Source of the DNA: Flaccisagitta enflata
Lineage: Eukaryota
DNA length: 64,000 bases
Direction: 5' to 3'
NCBI GenBank assembly: GCA_965153355.1
Contig: OZ231126.1
Span: 11,904,001-11,968,000, forward strand
Shown in pieces: positions 47,826 through 62,354 of the stretch. Position numbers and translations under genes: made by a program. The notes beneath the pieces were generated by a model. It had not been told where the DNA came from. It ran no database searches and saw only the letters and a list, made by a program, of their open reading frames with translations. The first letter of the stretch is position 1. Each line of letters begins with the position of its first letter.

Positions 47826-48383
47826 GTGGTGGAGGTGGTGTAGTGGTGATGGTGATAAGTTTTGATCTTTCCCCTTTATCCAATGTTATCAATGATGCAT
47901 CCGCAGTTTTGAATTCCTCTCTGTTATGTCTTTTGTTTTATTCTACTAATTCTAGAATTAAAGTTCAGAGAGCACACCGAATAAAAGGGAATCGAATAAA
48001 AAATTTTAAAGTATTTAGAAATAGAATTTTACTGTTTACTGTATTCTTAACTAAGTGTTACTTCGGTGACTTGATGGAATGAATTATGCATCGTACTTTT
48101 CAATGAGTCGATATGAATGATAGATAGAATACGGTGCACAGCATGAGAAAGAAACTGGCCTTACTGACAAAGTCGGATACACGGCTCCCCAGTCGCGTGT
48201 GGGTGGGCATGGGCCATATTTAAGGTCACCAGACCATTTGGGCAGGAGCAGTAGGGTCAAAGAGTAAAAATCCTAAAAAAAATCATAAAATTTGACCAAC
48301 CAACCGACCGACCGACCGACCAACCGACAGACAAAGCGCGCTTAAGCGGGGTGTAGAGTCGCGTAGCACGCGACAAAAAAGTA

Positions 48384-48975
48384 CAGTACGATAGGAGCAA
48401 TGACGACCTAGACTGGAGGATAGATTTTAGGTACCCTAATTTTATTTCTATCATAAAATATTTAAGATCTAGGCTAATTAAAGGTTGCTCTACTGAGTGA
48501 ATGCATTTGCGTCTCTTAAACTTTAACTTGCGACTTGACCTTATCAAGACTTTATTTTTTAAGGCTTTAACCTATTTCATTAGATCGGGCAAATAAATTT
48601 ATATATTTTTGAAGAAAAAAATCAGCTCAATCGGACCATTTTTACAGGTTTTATGGCTATCTTTAATAAACTAAAGTTATGCAGATTAATTTTTGAGCAA
48701 AAGTTAAAATAGCGATAAAATCTGTAAAAATGGACTGATTGAGCTGATTTTTTTTTTTAAAACTATATAAAAATTTTCCACCCGATCTTTTGAAATAGAC
48801 TAAAACTTTGAAAAATGAAGTCTTGATGAGGTCAAGTCGCAAGTTGAAATTTGAGAGACGCAAACATTTTCACTCCTTTAATTAACCTAGATCTTAAAAA
48901 TTTTGTGATAGAAATAAGATTAAGATACCCAAAATCTATCCTCCAGTCTAGGTAGTCATTGCTCCCAATGTACTG
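48384..48975. mobile_element. Long-TIR MITE, same family as 4808-5552
   Basis: Near-palindromic; cagtacgataggagcaatgacgacctagactggagg / cctccagtctaggtagtcattgctcccaatgtactg. Confidence 0.78.
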
Positions 48976-49014
48976 AAGACCTCCAAAAGGGACATGGAAT
49001 TGTGGGTTACGATA

Positions 49015-49445
49015 CACTTATTTCTTTTTGTAAGAACGTCACTTTTTGGGCAAGCCTTCAATGTTCTTAAATTTTAAGCAGTTTGAAGGTTTAAATGTTT
49101 TTAAATTATTTTTAATTTAAACACAGTTTTTAACCTTCAATTAAGAACGTTCTTTATTGGGAAAATGTCAATGAAACAACAAAGCAGTAGGTTTCAAATT
49201 CTTAATGAATGAAAAGATTAAAACCACTGTGAAAAAAAAAATTATATAATTATATCTTGGTTCATTATTTTCAATGAAAAAAATGCAGTATTTCAATATT
49301 TCTAAATTCTTAGAGAATCCAAGTTTAACGTATTTAAACTTCTGAAAAAATGAAGGCTTCCAATGTTCATAGCATGTTCTTAAGTTTTTGAGGATTTTAA
49401 GCCTAACGTTCTTATAAACTTGGTTCTTATAAAAAGAAATAAGTG
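49015..49445. mobile_element. TA-target MITE
   Basis: ta|cacttatttctttttgtaagaac ... gttcttataaaaagaaataagtg|ta. Confidence 0.75.
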
Positions 49446-49638
49446 TAACCCAAATTCTAATTAGAAGAACCAGTTAATAATCTGATAAAGCAATGATGAA
49501 CCATTAAGTCGTTTGTTGCTGGGCAGGGGCAGTGAAACAGGTGAGCAAAGACTGTTACGAAGCCTAGGCAGGGCGCCTAGTATGCACCTAGTATGCGCCT
49601 AGTATGCGAATGATATAGTTGTTTAATTTGATTTAAGC

Positions 49639-49654
49639 AAAGAAAGAAAGAAAG

Positions 49655-49717
<63 letters not shown>

Positions 49718-49719
49718 AA

Positions 49720-49755
<36 letters not shown>

Positions 49756-49800
49756 AGAAGAGTAACTCAAAGAAAAAGGAAACGAAAGAAAGAAAGAAAA

Positions 49801-49856
<56 letters not shown>

Positions 49857-49860
49857 AAAA

Positions 49861-49935
<75 letters not shown>

Positions 49936-50058
49936 CAAAAAAGAGAAAGAAAGAAAGAAAGAAAGCAAAAAAGCGGAAGAAAGGAAGAAAGACAGCAAAA
50001 AAAGAAAAAGAAACAAAGAAAGAAGCAAAGAGAGAAAGAAAGAGATGAAAGAGATGAG

Positions 50059-50145
<87 letters not shown>

Positions 50146-50165
50146 ATGAAAGAAAGAAAGAAAGA
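49639..50165. repeat. (AAAG)n microsatellite
   Basis: Direct reading. Confidence 0.95.
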
Positions 50166-50299
50166 TAGTCCATCCATCCATCCATCCGTCTCTCAGTCAT
50201 TCTTACAAAGCAAGATCAACAGAGCTGCGAATGTTTTATTGCAATAAGCATTGGCTCATCACTGAAGGACAACGCCCTGTTGTAAGCAATGGTTCAGAT

Positions 50300-50460
50300 G
50301 AGATGCACGTGTAGTAACGCGTTTTCCATACAATCCCACCTCCCATGCAGTCGGCGCTTGACTTGCAGCATTCTCGCTCCCTGATTGGCCAAATAAACAT
50401 TGCCTCGATTTTGATTGGCTGATTGAGAGTCACTTTTGATTAGAATTGGCGCCGTCGATA
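50300..50460. promoter_or_regulatory. Candidate promoter with clustered CCAAT boxes
   Basis: Three ATTGG motifs (ctgattggcc, ttgattggct, gaattggcg) at ~50381-50450 and a CACGTG near 50306, in unique sequence ~400 bp upstream of the 50835 ATG. Confidence 0.3.
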
Positions 50461-50834
50461 TTAATTTGCCAATTTTCGAGATTAGACCAAGAAAACTCAT
50501 CGAGTTAACGTACATATGATGGTGGGATTTGAAAACAAGGCCGGATACACGGCCATCAGTTGCGGACGGGTGGGCAGGGGCGGAAATGCGCGTTTTTCCA
50601 CTTTTCGACTCGTTGACACCAACGGACGGACGGACAAAGGCTCTTATAGAGTTGCGTGTCCGCAACTAAAAAAGGGATAGTCGAAATGCACAATAACCAA
50701 ATACTTGCATGCATGATTATGGATACATCAACGTAAGCGCAGATTTTTCTCCTTGAATGTTTCTGAATATCAACATATTTGAATTTACGATTTCATTAAG
50801 TTTTTTACAAAAACGAACATTGGAAAACCTAAGT

Positions 50835-50919
50835 ATGAGTGGAAGAAAAAGCTCAAAGTCCGCTGGTGGCGTAGAAGAGGACGACAAAAAGGAAGGGGAA
50901 CCGCTCTCGACGGAACAAG
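50835..50919 (+). CDS. Candidate first coding exon of an unidentified gene
   Basis: ATG-initiated MSGRKSSKSAGGVEEDDKKEGEPLSTEQ ending at a good donor aag|gtgaga. Downstream exons not identified in the window. Confidence 0.4.
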
Positions 50920-51125
50920 GTGAGACAATGCTACAAAACCACTTGTTGCAGAAACAAGGTACTGTAGGTCTTAGTGTAGGAAACGACAAACTCACAATTA
51001 GACAAAACTAGTGGCATTCGCCATATTGTGTTCCACAAAAACTTGATTTGGAGTGAAAAAGAAAGGCAAAAATTTATAAAATAAATCTAATAATAATAAC
51101 CAGACAAATCTGTGCTGTAGATAAT

Positions 51126-51330
51126 GGCCGCCTGTGGGCGGCCTAACTACCATCAAGGGGGGAGCTCACTGCCGCCTATGGGCGGCCTCACTGCCGCCTG
51201 TGGGCGGTCCCACTGCCGCCTGCAGGCGGCCCCACTGCCACCTGTGGGTGGCCCTATTGCTGCCTGTGGGCAGTCCCACTGCCACCTGTGGGTGGTCCCT
51301 CTGCCGCCTTTAGGCGGTCCCACTGCCGCC

Positions 51331-51332
<2 letters not shown>
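51126..51332. repeat. 22-bp GC-rich minisatellite
   Basis: gccgcctgtgggcggtcccact repeats followed by (TG)n. Confidence 0.8.
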
Positions 51333-51408
<76 letters not shown>

Positions 51409-51459
51409 TGTGCGTGTTGGTGTGTGTGCGTGTGTGTGTGTATATGTGTGTGCGGAGAA

Positions 51460-53445
51460 AGCGGGGTTGAGTGACATACATTGGAGAATACCGGGCTGTG
51501 TGACAAACATTAGAACAAACTGGGTAGTGTGACATACATCAAAGAATGCAGGGCTGTTTGATATACATTAGAGAAAAACTGGGTGGTGTGACATACATCA
51601 AAGAATTCTGGACTGTGTGACATATATTGGAGAAAACTAGGTGGTGTGACATTCATTGGAGAATTCTAGGCTGTGTGACATAAAGTAATGTTGTCCAACA
51701 CACATACATTGGAGGAAACTGGGCTGTGTGATAGAAATTGGAGAAAACTGGGTGGTGAGACATACATTGGAGAATTCTGGGCATTGTGATATACATCAGA
51801 GAATTCTGGGCTGTGTGACATACATTGGAGAAAACCGGGTAGTGTGACATACATCGGAGAATTCTGGGCTGTGTGACATATATGAGAAACAAGGCCGGAA
51901 ACACGGCCAATACCAGTCGCGGACGGGTGGGCAGGGGCGGAAATGCGCGTTTTCACACTTCCCAACTCAATCACCACGGACCGACTGACCGACCGACCAA
52001 CCAACCGACTGACGGACGGACAAATGGACAAAGCCTCTTATAGAGTCGCTTGTCCGCGACTAAAAACTGGGTGGTGTGACATACATTGGAGAATTCTGGG
52101 CTGTGTGACATACATCTGAGAATTCTGGACTGTGTGACATACAGTGGAGAAAACTTGGTGGTGTGACATATATCGGAGAATTCTGGGCTGTGTGATATAC
52201 ATCGGAGAAAACTGGGTGCTGTGACATACATTGGAGAATTCTGGGCTGTGTGACATACATTGGAGAAAAATAGGTGGTGTGACATACATTGGAGAATTCT
52301 GGGCGGTGTGACATACATTGGAGAAAACTAGGTGGTGTGACATACATAGGAGAATTCTGGGCTGTGTGACATACATCTGAGAAAACTGGGTGGTGTGACA
52401 TACATCAGAGAATTATGGGCTGTGTGACATACATCGGAGAAAACTGGTTGGTGTGACATACATCGCAGAATTCTGATCTGTGTTACATACATTGGAGAAA
52501 ACTGGGTGGTGTGACATACATCGGAGAATTCTGGGCTGTGTGACATACATTGGAGAAAACTGGGTGGTGTGACATACATTGGAGAATTCTGGGCTGTGTG
52601 ACATACATCGGAGAAAACTGGGTGGTGTGACATACATCAGAGAATTCTGGTCTGTGTGACATATATCGGAGAATTCTGGGCTGTGTGACATACATCGGAG
52701 AAAACCAGGTGGTGTGACATACATTCGAGAATTCTGGGTTGTGTGACATACATCGGAGAAAACTAGGTTGTGTGACATACATTGGAGAATTCTGGGCTAT
52801 GTGACATACATTAGAGAAAACTGAGTGGTGTGACATACATCGGAGAATTCTGGGTTGTGTGACATACATCGGAGAAAACTGGGTGGTGTGACATACATTG
52901 GAGGATTCTGGGCTGTGTGACATATATCGAAGAAAACTGGGTGGTGTGACATACATTGGAGAATTCTGGGCTGTGTGACATACATCGGAGAAAACTAGGT
53001 GGTGTGACATATATAGGAGAATTCTGGGCTGTGTGACATACATCTGAGAAAACTGGGTGGTGTGACATACATCGGAGAATTCTGGGCTGTGTGACATACA
53101 TCGGAGAAAACTGGTTGGTGTGACATACATTGGAGAATACTGGGCTGTGTGACATACATCGGAGAAAACTAGGTTGTGTGACATACATTGGAGAATTCTG
53201 GACTGTGTGACATACATTGGAGAAAACTGAATGGTGTGACATACATTGGAGAATTCTGGGTTGTGTGACATACATCGGAGAAAACTGGGTGGTGTGACAT
53301 ACATCGGAGAATTCTGGTCTGTGTGACATACATCGGAGAATTCTGGGCTGTGTGACATACATCGGAGAAAACTGGGTGGTGTGACATACATTGGAGAATT
53401 CTGGGCTGTGTGACATACATCGGAGAAAACTAGGTTGTGTGACAC
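51460..53445. repeat. 29-bp satellite arranged mainly as a 58-bp A/B dimer
   Basis: gtgtgacatacattggagaattctgggct alternates with gtgtgacatacatcggagaaaactgggtg; HINE inserted at ~51888-52066. Confidence 0.92.
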
Positions 53446-54062
53446 ACGTACGTACGTACGTACGTACGTACGTACACACACACGGAGAAAACTCTGGGAA
53501 TTTAGTGTTCCACTATCGTGGAACACAATAAAGAAGCATGAGCACACAGAAACAAGCCCGACCGGGCAACGATGCGTCCTGACTGTGTCAGTGCGTTTAT
53601 TGAATTACGCGCTGAATGTGTGCGTTACATGAAGAGACAGATGGTTGAACAGATAGACAGACTGCTTGAATTTCTGACATAATCGTCACAGCAGCTTCTA
53701 AAAACATATTTATTGATCAGTTTATGAATTCAGTATACAATCTCGCCATGGCTAAAAAGTCGAGAAATGCGGTTTTTCTGGAGGCGTAACGGACGGACCG
53801 CTGGACGGACAGACCCTCCTAACGAGATGCGAGGACGCATCTAAACAAGGCCGGATACACGGCAATCCAGTCGCGGACGAACGGGCAGGAGCAGTCATGC
53901 AAAAAACGCTCGCAATTTAAAAATGTTACGGGACGGACCGACGGACCGACCGAAACGGCTAGGTGTAGAGTCGCGTGTCCGCGACTAAAAATGGTATCTC
54001 AGCGGATCGCGGGACAAGGCAAGGGTGCTCCTAATCTCAGCTGAACAAGATAAAGATGCAAG

Positions 54063-55478
<1,416 letters not shown>

Positions 55479-55584
55479 TTTCTTAAGAAACCTCGGCCTT
55501 TGGCTATACATCATCTGTTATGTTAGCGATTGTCTCTTTCTGTTGACATCTGTCTAAACGATTTCTCGCTCGAGGCCTTTGGGT

Positions 55585-56200
55585 GCGTGTCCCGCCACAG
55601 AAGAGAATTAACAAGTGGAGAGCTTGATGCATGATGTCCTCACTCCCTTCGCCCCCCTCCCCCTTCACTTTGCTCCCCCTCCTTTTACTGTCCCGCCACA
55701 GAAGAGAATTAACAAGTGGAGAGCTTGAGGTTCCCACTCCCTGCTCCCCACCCTTCACTTTGACCCCCACCGCCCTTACGGCCCCCCCTCTCCATCGCAA
55801 ACCCCCTTCCTCTTATTGTCCCAAAGAGACAGTAAGTGGAGGACTTGATGTCTCCGCTCCAAACCCCCTTTCATCCGACACCCCCTCCTCTTACTGTCAC
55901 GCCATAGTGGCCTACCATTCACTCTGACCTCCATTCCCCTTTTGGGGCCCCCTCTCCATCGTACACCCCCTCACTCATGCTTTCCCGCCACTGAGCAGAA
56001 GTGGAGAGCTTAATATTCCATCCCGTTCTGCCCCCCCCCCCCACATCCCTTGCCTCTTGCTTTTCCACCATGGAATAGAATTAGGAAGTGAAGAGCTTGA
56101 TGTCTCCGTTCCCCCTTCCTTTTTTCTGAGCCCCCTCCACTCCACAGCACAGTTCGCCACAGTGAAGATTGAAGAATTAAGAGGAGTAGAGCTTGGCGTC
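55585..56200. repeat. Degenerate ~100-150-bp tandem repeat
   Basis: Recurrent ccgccacagaagagaattaacaagtggagagcttga core separated by C-rich spacers. Confidence 0.65.
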
Positions 56201-56689
56201 CTTCTTCTATTCTTCTTACCCTTCTCCTTCCGCCCGCCCCCGCCAAACCCCCCCTTACGAGTGAGAAATCGAGCACTTGCAGAAAGTAAGTTGTGCACCA
56301 TTCAAAGTCTGGCGAAACAGACCACTGTCGGTAAACAAAGCCACATACATTTCACTTTTAGATTTCGCCGGTTTGCAATACTTTACGGTTGTTCAAAAAA
56401 AAATGTAATGCAATCAGTACAAAAGAAAATTACAGATGTGTTCACCTACTTTTTGAAAGTAGTATGAAAGTTGAAATAGTTTTGTGAGAGGATACTATAG
56501 CACCACTGTATAGAAAAGCTAATCTTTTATCCAAGGTCCTTTTTTAAAATTTTATATGACATATTTTTCATTCCGATTTTTTCAGTATCATTTTAGGATT
56601 GAATTTATTTTGATGAATTGTATGACACCCTATACTCTATCTGCTGTACCTCATTTTGTGTTTTAAACGCTTTAAACAATATTTCTTTA

Positions 56690-56887
56690 AACAAGGCCGG
56701 ATACACGGCTACCCAAGTCGCGTGCGGGTGGGCAGGGGCCATATTTTAGGTCGCTAGACCATTTGGGCAGGAGCAGTGAGGTCCAAAAATAAAAATCATA
56801 AAAAAAGTAAAGTGTGACCGACCAACCGACCGACCGACCGACCGACCGACAAAGCGGTGTGTAGAGTTGCGTGCACGCGACTAAAAA
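56690..56887 (-). mobile_element. HINE-like element
   Basis: Full-length reverse copy with both hairpins and a (GACC)n tract. Confidence 0.72.
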
Positions 56888-57230
56888 CTACCAAATAATT
56901 TTTTTGGACACCCGTTATTTGAGCAAAATTCAGATTATGAAATGTGTCTCATAAAAGTTAAATCGAAGAAGAAGTGAAAGATAGAAATAGTAGAACCGGC
57001 AGAAAATCATCCTCATCCCATTGGAAAATTCAAAAGAGATCCCAGGTGCAATCAAAATGGAATTATGACACAACATGGCTAGGCATATATCACTCCAACG
57101 GTCGGCGATCCATGAAACATTTATACTCGAAGCGCAGTGATATGAGAGAACCCTGCAATTCAAACTGTTTTTTTTTTCATCAGAAAATACTACCAAAATG
57201 TGGATGCCTTGGGTTTTGCTCGTATTTGCA

Positions 57231-57922
57231 GTGATAGGGGGGTGACGGGTACTTATTTTTTGTGGTGGTGGGATCCGGGGCACTGTGTAGGTGAATTGGT
57301 GGTGATAAGGGGGTGACGGGTACTTATTTTTTGTGGTGGTGGGATCCGGGGCACTGTGTAGGTGAATTGGTGGTGATAAGGGGGTGATGACGGGTACTTA
57401 TTTTTTGTGGTGGTGGGATCCGGGGCACTGTGTAGGTGAATTGGTGGTGATAAGGGGGTGATAGGGGGGTGACGGGTACTTATTTTTTGTGGTGGTGGGA
57501 TCCGGGGCACTGTGTAGGTGAATTGGTGGTGATAAGGGGGTGATAGGGGGGTGACGGGTACTTTTTTTTGTGGTGGTGGGATCCGGGGCACTGTGTAGGT
57601 GAATTGGTGGTGATAAGGGGGTGATAGGGGGGTGACGGGTACTTATTTTTTGTGGTGGTGGGATCCGGGGCACTGTGTAGGTGAATTGGTGGTGATAAGG
57701 GGGTGATAGGGGGGTGACGGGTACTTATTTTTTGTGGTGGTGGGATCCGGGGCACTGTGTAGGTGAATTGGTGGTGATAAGGGGGTGATAGGGGGGTGAC
57801 GGGTACTTATTTTTTGTGGTGGTTGGATCCGGGGCACTGTGTAGGTGAATTGGTGGTGATAAGGGGGTGATAGGGGGGTGACGGGTACTTATTTTTTGTG
57901 GTGGTGGGATCCGGGGCACTGT
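57231..57922. repeat. 82-bp G-rich tandem array (~9 units, first ones shorter)
   Basis: Unit gataggggggtgacgggtacttattttttgtggtggtgggatccggggcactgtgtaggtgaattggtggtgataagggggt. Confidence 0.92.
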
Positions 57923-58076
57923 GCAGTGTTTCAGTGGACGGTAAATACAATGCACTCCGAAGCGCAGACGAAGCCGACGACGGGTAATGGCATCACCGCT
58001 TTCTCCATTTCCTTCTTTCCATTTTAAGCCCTAGGTTTCCTTCCATTTCCATTCAGTAGTCCAAATACTCATACTG

Positions 58077-58206
58077 TAGGGATGTGGAAGCGATTGACCG
58101 CTTCCATTTTGGTGGGTGGGATAGCTACTAGTATTTGAACTACAAATTGGAAGCGGAAGCGGAAGCGGTGGAAGCGGCACTAAAATCCACCGCTTCCACA
58201 TCCCTA
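58077..58206. mobile_element. hAT MITE, inverted copy of 60985-61120, with an extra solo end at ~58240-58262
   Basis: tagggatgtggaagcg...cgcttccacatcccta. Confidence 0.78.
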
Positions 58207-60322
58207 ACTCATAGACCACCCACTCACTGAAGTCGATCCGGTCAACCGCTTCCACATCCCTAATATCTATTGTGCCAATTTTCAACCAGCTCCCTGCACT
58301 ATCGATACGTTGTACATTCTCGTCGACAAACTCGACCTCGCCGTCAAGTCGTCAACTCAACGACCAACTCCATCCAAGACATGGCCACCGCCGCGGAAAA
58401 CACGCAAAACCATATCAAAGACGTTTGTGGATTCAAATGCGGACCCGCGCCCGACGGAATTCCAAATCCCAATCCCTACACAAAATATCACAACGATCCA
58501 TTCTGTTCTGTCGTTCACTTGATAGAGTTCATTTTGAGAAAAACCGCCAAACTTCCAACGTGGAATGTTATCGATCCACATTTCAATTGGGCCAAACTGT
58601 TGAAACTCCGCGCCGACAGTCAGAAGACCAACACAATGTCGGACGCCAAAACACGTTACAAACGCGATTTGACAGAAATTCAGGGAGAGCTTGTGTCGTT
58701 AATGGAGATTTGGACCGAATATCTACCTAAGGAAGAAACAGATAGCAGCTCCTCCACCACCGCCTCAACGGATGCGGCCGCGGCGCCGCGAATCTCCTCA
58801 AGCGCCGCCACAATCGCCTTCAGACTGAAACAGTTTCAACCTTCTTTCGCCACTGTCAATACCTTCGTCACCATAACTCGATTTTTCTACACTCTCCTCC
58901 TTACATCGTCGACCGCCGCGCCGGTCAACGATCAAACAAACATCAATTTTGGATTCGGGCGTCGGCTCCATTGCGTACAAAGTTGCAGACACTGGATGTA
59001 GAGACGAGATGTCGCGCCAAGTATCCGGGCTGGGACTGGTGGGGTTACTCGGAGGGCTGCAAAGGGCGGATTAACGATGTCTATAACCAACTGCGCGCTC
59101 TTCTCGGTGATATGGACGAAATCATGAATGAAAACTCACAAGAACGAAAAAGATACCTCATAGAACAAAAGAGCAAATTGGAGAAGAAAGTCGAGGAAGA
59201 AAAGAATAAAAGGAATGTGGACGCCATCATCTACAGGCTGTACGATAATATGTTTTATCGGCTGGTGAGGGAAGGCGATCTAAGACACGCTTGTACAATT
59301 TATGAATACGTGAACAGCGGCGTTCCAGTGCATGAATGTGAAAATGCCCAGTCAAACACGCTCCCGTCACTTGAACTATACCAAGAGCGATTACGAGGTA
59401 ACACAATGTGCGAGTGGAGACAATGGAGAACTCGTTCTGTCTTAGTGCCGGCGCAATTTCCATCAGATGGCGAGACCGTAGAAGAACTAGAAGGCACCAT
59501 TAATCTTAGGGAACTCTACGGCGTCAAAGACTGGAACAGCTTCGTCAACACTACCTATCACGAGCCGTCGTGGACCAAGTTCAAAATCCCCGACGTAGAT
59601 TGGATGCTCCGACATAATTGGATTACAGAAGAAGAAAAAGACCAAGCGCCTTTTTTTCTTGGCGAGTTTACGATCACTCCTCTCTCATTTCTTCATTTGC
59701 ACAGAGGATTCGGAACAGAGGCGCACACTCTCGCTCGTAAAAGTCCCCTCAACGGAAAAAAATTATTCATTGTCTAATTACGATGGAAAATACTTTGAAG
59801 TATTTCCCATTGGGGTGCTAAATAGGGAAAGTAGTATGGGTTCACACTATCATAATTGGCCCAATCCCTACAACATTCCCAACTGTGAGAAAAAGCTGGG
59901 TGTCTATCATCGCCTTCAAGGAGCCACAGATAATGCACCGTTTGCGCCAAATGCCTTTGCCGCGTGGGTCATACGCCAAATTGTACATGATAGTCCAAAT
60001 TTGCCAGTTCCTATGCCTACAGGACCTCTGCAAAAACCGCTTGGGATGCAAAAATGTTACGGACGGATGGACGGACGGACGGATGGACCGACCGACCTAC
60101 CGACCGACACGGCAAGGTGTAGAGTCAGCTATCCGCGACTAAAAAGCAAAAAAGTTAAAGATTATTCACCTGCATAGTTTTGTCTTATAAAACGTCATCA
60201 TCTTGAGTCAAGATGAGTCAAGATGAGTCAAGATTCTTGACTGATTGATCAATTTCAAGTTGAGGTTTTTTACGACAATTAGCACCATTCAAAACAGGGT
60301 TTCCCTTATTTTCCTCTCCCTT

Positions 60323-61508
60323 TCACGGTTTTCTAACTGCCATGCTGCCCATTTCACCCAAGCAATACGGCGTCTCACTGCTTGTTCTTAAAAACAACAA
60401 AGATCTCTCGAACGAAAACTCAGGCGGGATGGCGTCGATGCCCATCGGTTCTTCAACCGCGTCGTCGCATTTGCCTCGCTCAAACTGCTTCCAGTTTTTG
60501 CAAGGACGGGCCATAAGACGACAGCCACCAGATCCAAGACTCTCGATGAACAAATCTCGAGATCTTCCGTGATTGCATCCCGGATCTTGGATCACGGAGG
60601 TTGGATCCTTTCTCAGTTGGAACAGCTGGTCGACGACGTTGATGTCAGGAATCGTCCGAATCTGCGAACTGATTCAGGCGCATCCTGGTTGGTTGTGTCC
60701 TCCGTTTGGGTAGAAATCCTTGTGACCACAGGGTTGGGTCAAGCCTTGACCATGTCCGCTGACGCCGATGTTGATCATGCTTTCGTCGTCTGTGTGAATC
60801 ACGTCGACAAAATCGGCATCAGTCGGATCCAGACGAAGGGACGCTTTGAAATACTGGAAGAAACTGCAGGGGGGGGGAACAGATAGACGGGATGGGCGGA
60901 AGCGATGGATGAATGGATGGATAGATGAATGCGTGGATGGGTGGATCGGTGGATTGATGGATGGGTGGGTAGGAGGATGGATAGTAGGGATGTGGAAGCG
61001 GTCGATTTTAGTGCCGCTTCCACCGCTTCCGCTTCCGCTTCCGCTTCCATTTTGTAGTACAAATACTAGTAGCTATCCCATCCTCCAAAATGGAAGCGGT
61101 CAATCGCTTCAACATCCCTAATGGATAGGATGATAACTCACTAGATTGATGGTTAGTAGAGACAAATGAACCGACCGCCTCTGTCTGGTAAACAAAAAAC
61201 AAAGCAAGGAAACGAACAACCATTTTAAATGTATAAACTGCACTTACGGTTCTGCTGGATCAAGGCCGGTAATTCGAGATATTTTGCGGTTTTTGCCCTT
61301 GATCTTCATCTGGTCAAATTTGAAGCCGGCAAATCCAGCCAAATGAGCTCCAAGACTGTGACCAATGATGTGGAACTGATTTGGATCCATGTTGTATTGC
61401 TGGGGAAGGAAACGAATACAGCAAACAAAGCGTAGTAACAAAAGGCAATTGAGGCTCTCTCCCACAACCTAATTAATGTTCACAAGGCTTGACTCACTGT
61501 CACTCGCA

Positions 61509-61606
<98 letters not shown>

Positions 61607-62220
61607 AACAACCCCCCGGAGTTTCTTGATTTTCCTCACCTTGACCAGTCTTTTGATAAAGATGGCGACCACACACCAACAACCCCCCGGAGTTTCTTAA
61701 TTTTCCTCACCTTGACCAGTCTTTTGATAAAGATGGCGACTTGGACTCCGACGATTTGAGTGTTAACAGCAGATCTTACGTAACTCCGGCCGTTGGCTCC
61801 AATGGTCCAATTGACCCTGACCACATTGACATCATTCCACTTGAGAAATGCCGAAGTCATTTCGGGATAACCTCTGACTTCAGGATGGCTCGTGAATCCG
61901 TGCACGATGATTTTCATCTAAAAGACAAAGACAGAGATTGAAAATTGATGAGTAATCAGACCAGAAAGAACAACGCAGCGTGAAAAATCACGTCGCCAAG
62001 ACGAAAAGACACAACGACGTAAAAACAATAATACGAAAAGTAATCAGACACTGACACAACAAAAAGACAAAAAACAAAAATATGTAATAACAACATTAAC
62101 AACAACATTAACAGCAACAACATTACTAACAACATTAACAGCAACAACATTATTAACAACAGTAACAACAACAACATTATCAACAACAACATTATCAACA
62201 ACATTACCAACCACAACATT

Positions 62221-62255
<35 letters not shown>

Positions 62256-62275
62256 CCACAACAACCACAACAACC

Positions 62276-62354
<79 letters not shown>

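Larger units (their letters stand above)
57198..60030 (+). pseudogene. Frameshifted remnant of a probably secreted, uncharacterised protein gene
   Basis: Signal-peptide-like start MWMPWVLLVFAVIGG at 57198, interrupted by an 82-bp array. Candidate intron 57984-58289. Overlapping protein-like ORFs in different frames (58270-59001, 58971-59777, 59659-60177); removing one A from the A7 run at 59756-59762 joins the last two. The 3' end runs into a HINE fragment at ~60030. Confidence 0.6.

Noticed and set aside
49577-50200. FLSF-rich hydrophobic ORFs resembling membrane proteins
   Set aside because: (AAAG)n microsatellite translations.
51653-53547. Long - strand ORFs up to 354 aa, and a CRISPR-like appearance
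   Set aside because: Tandem 29-bp satellite with no unique spacers and no cas genes; open frames follow from the repeat.
56930-57234. Continuation exon of the 50835 gene
   Set aside because: The phase-1 reading from the nearest acceptor stops after about 14 codons; no motif support.
60150-60322. SECIS element for the lipase TGA
   Set aside because: An ATGA is present on the - strand but the canonical helix, AA loop and GA geometry is not evident.
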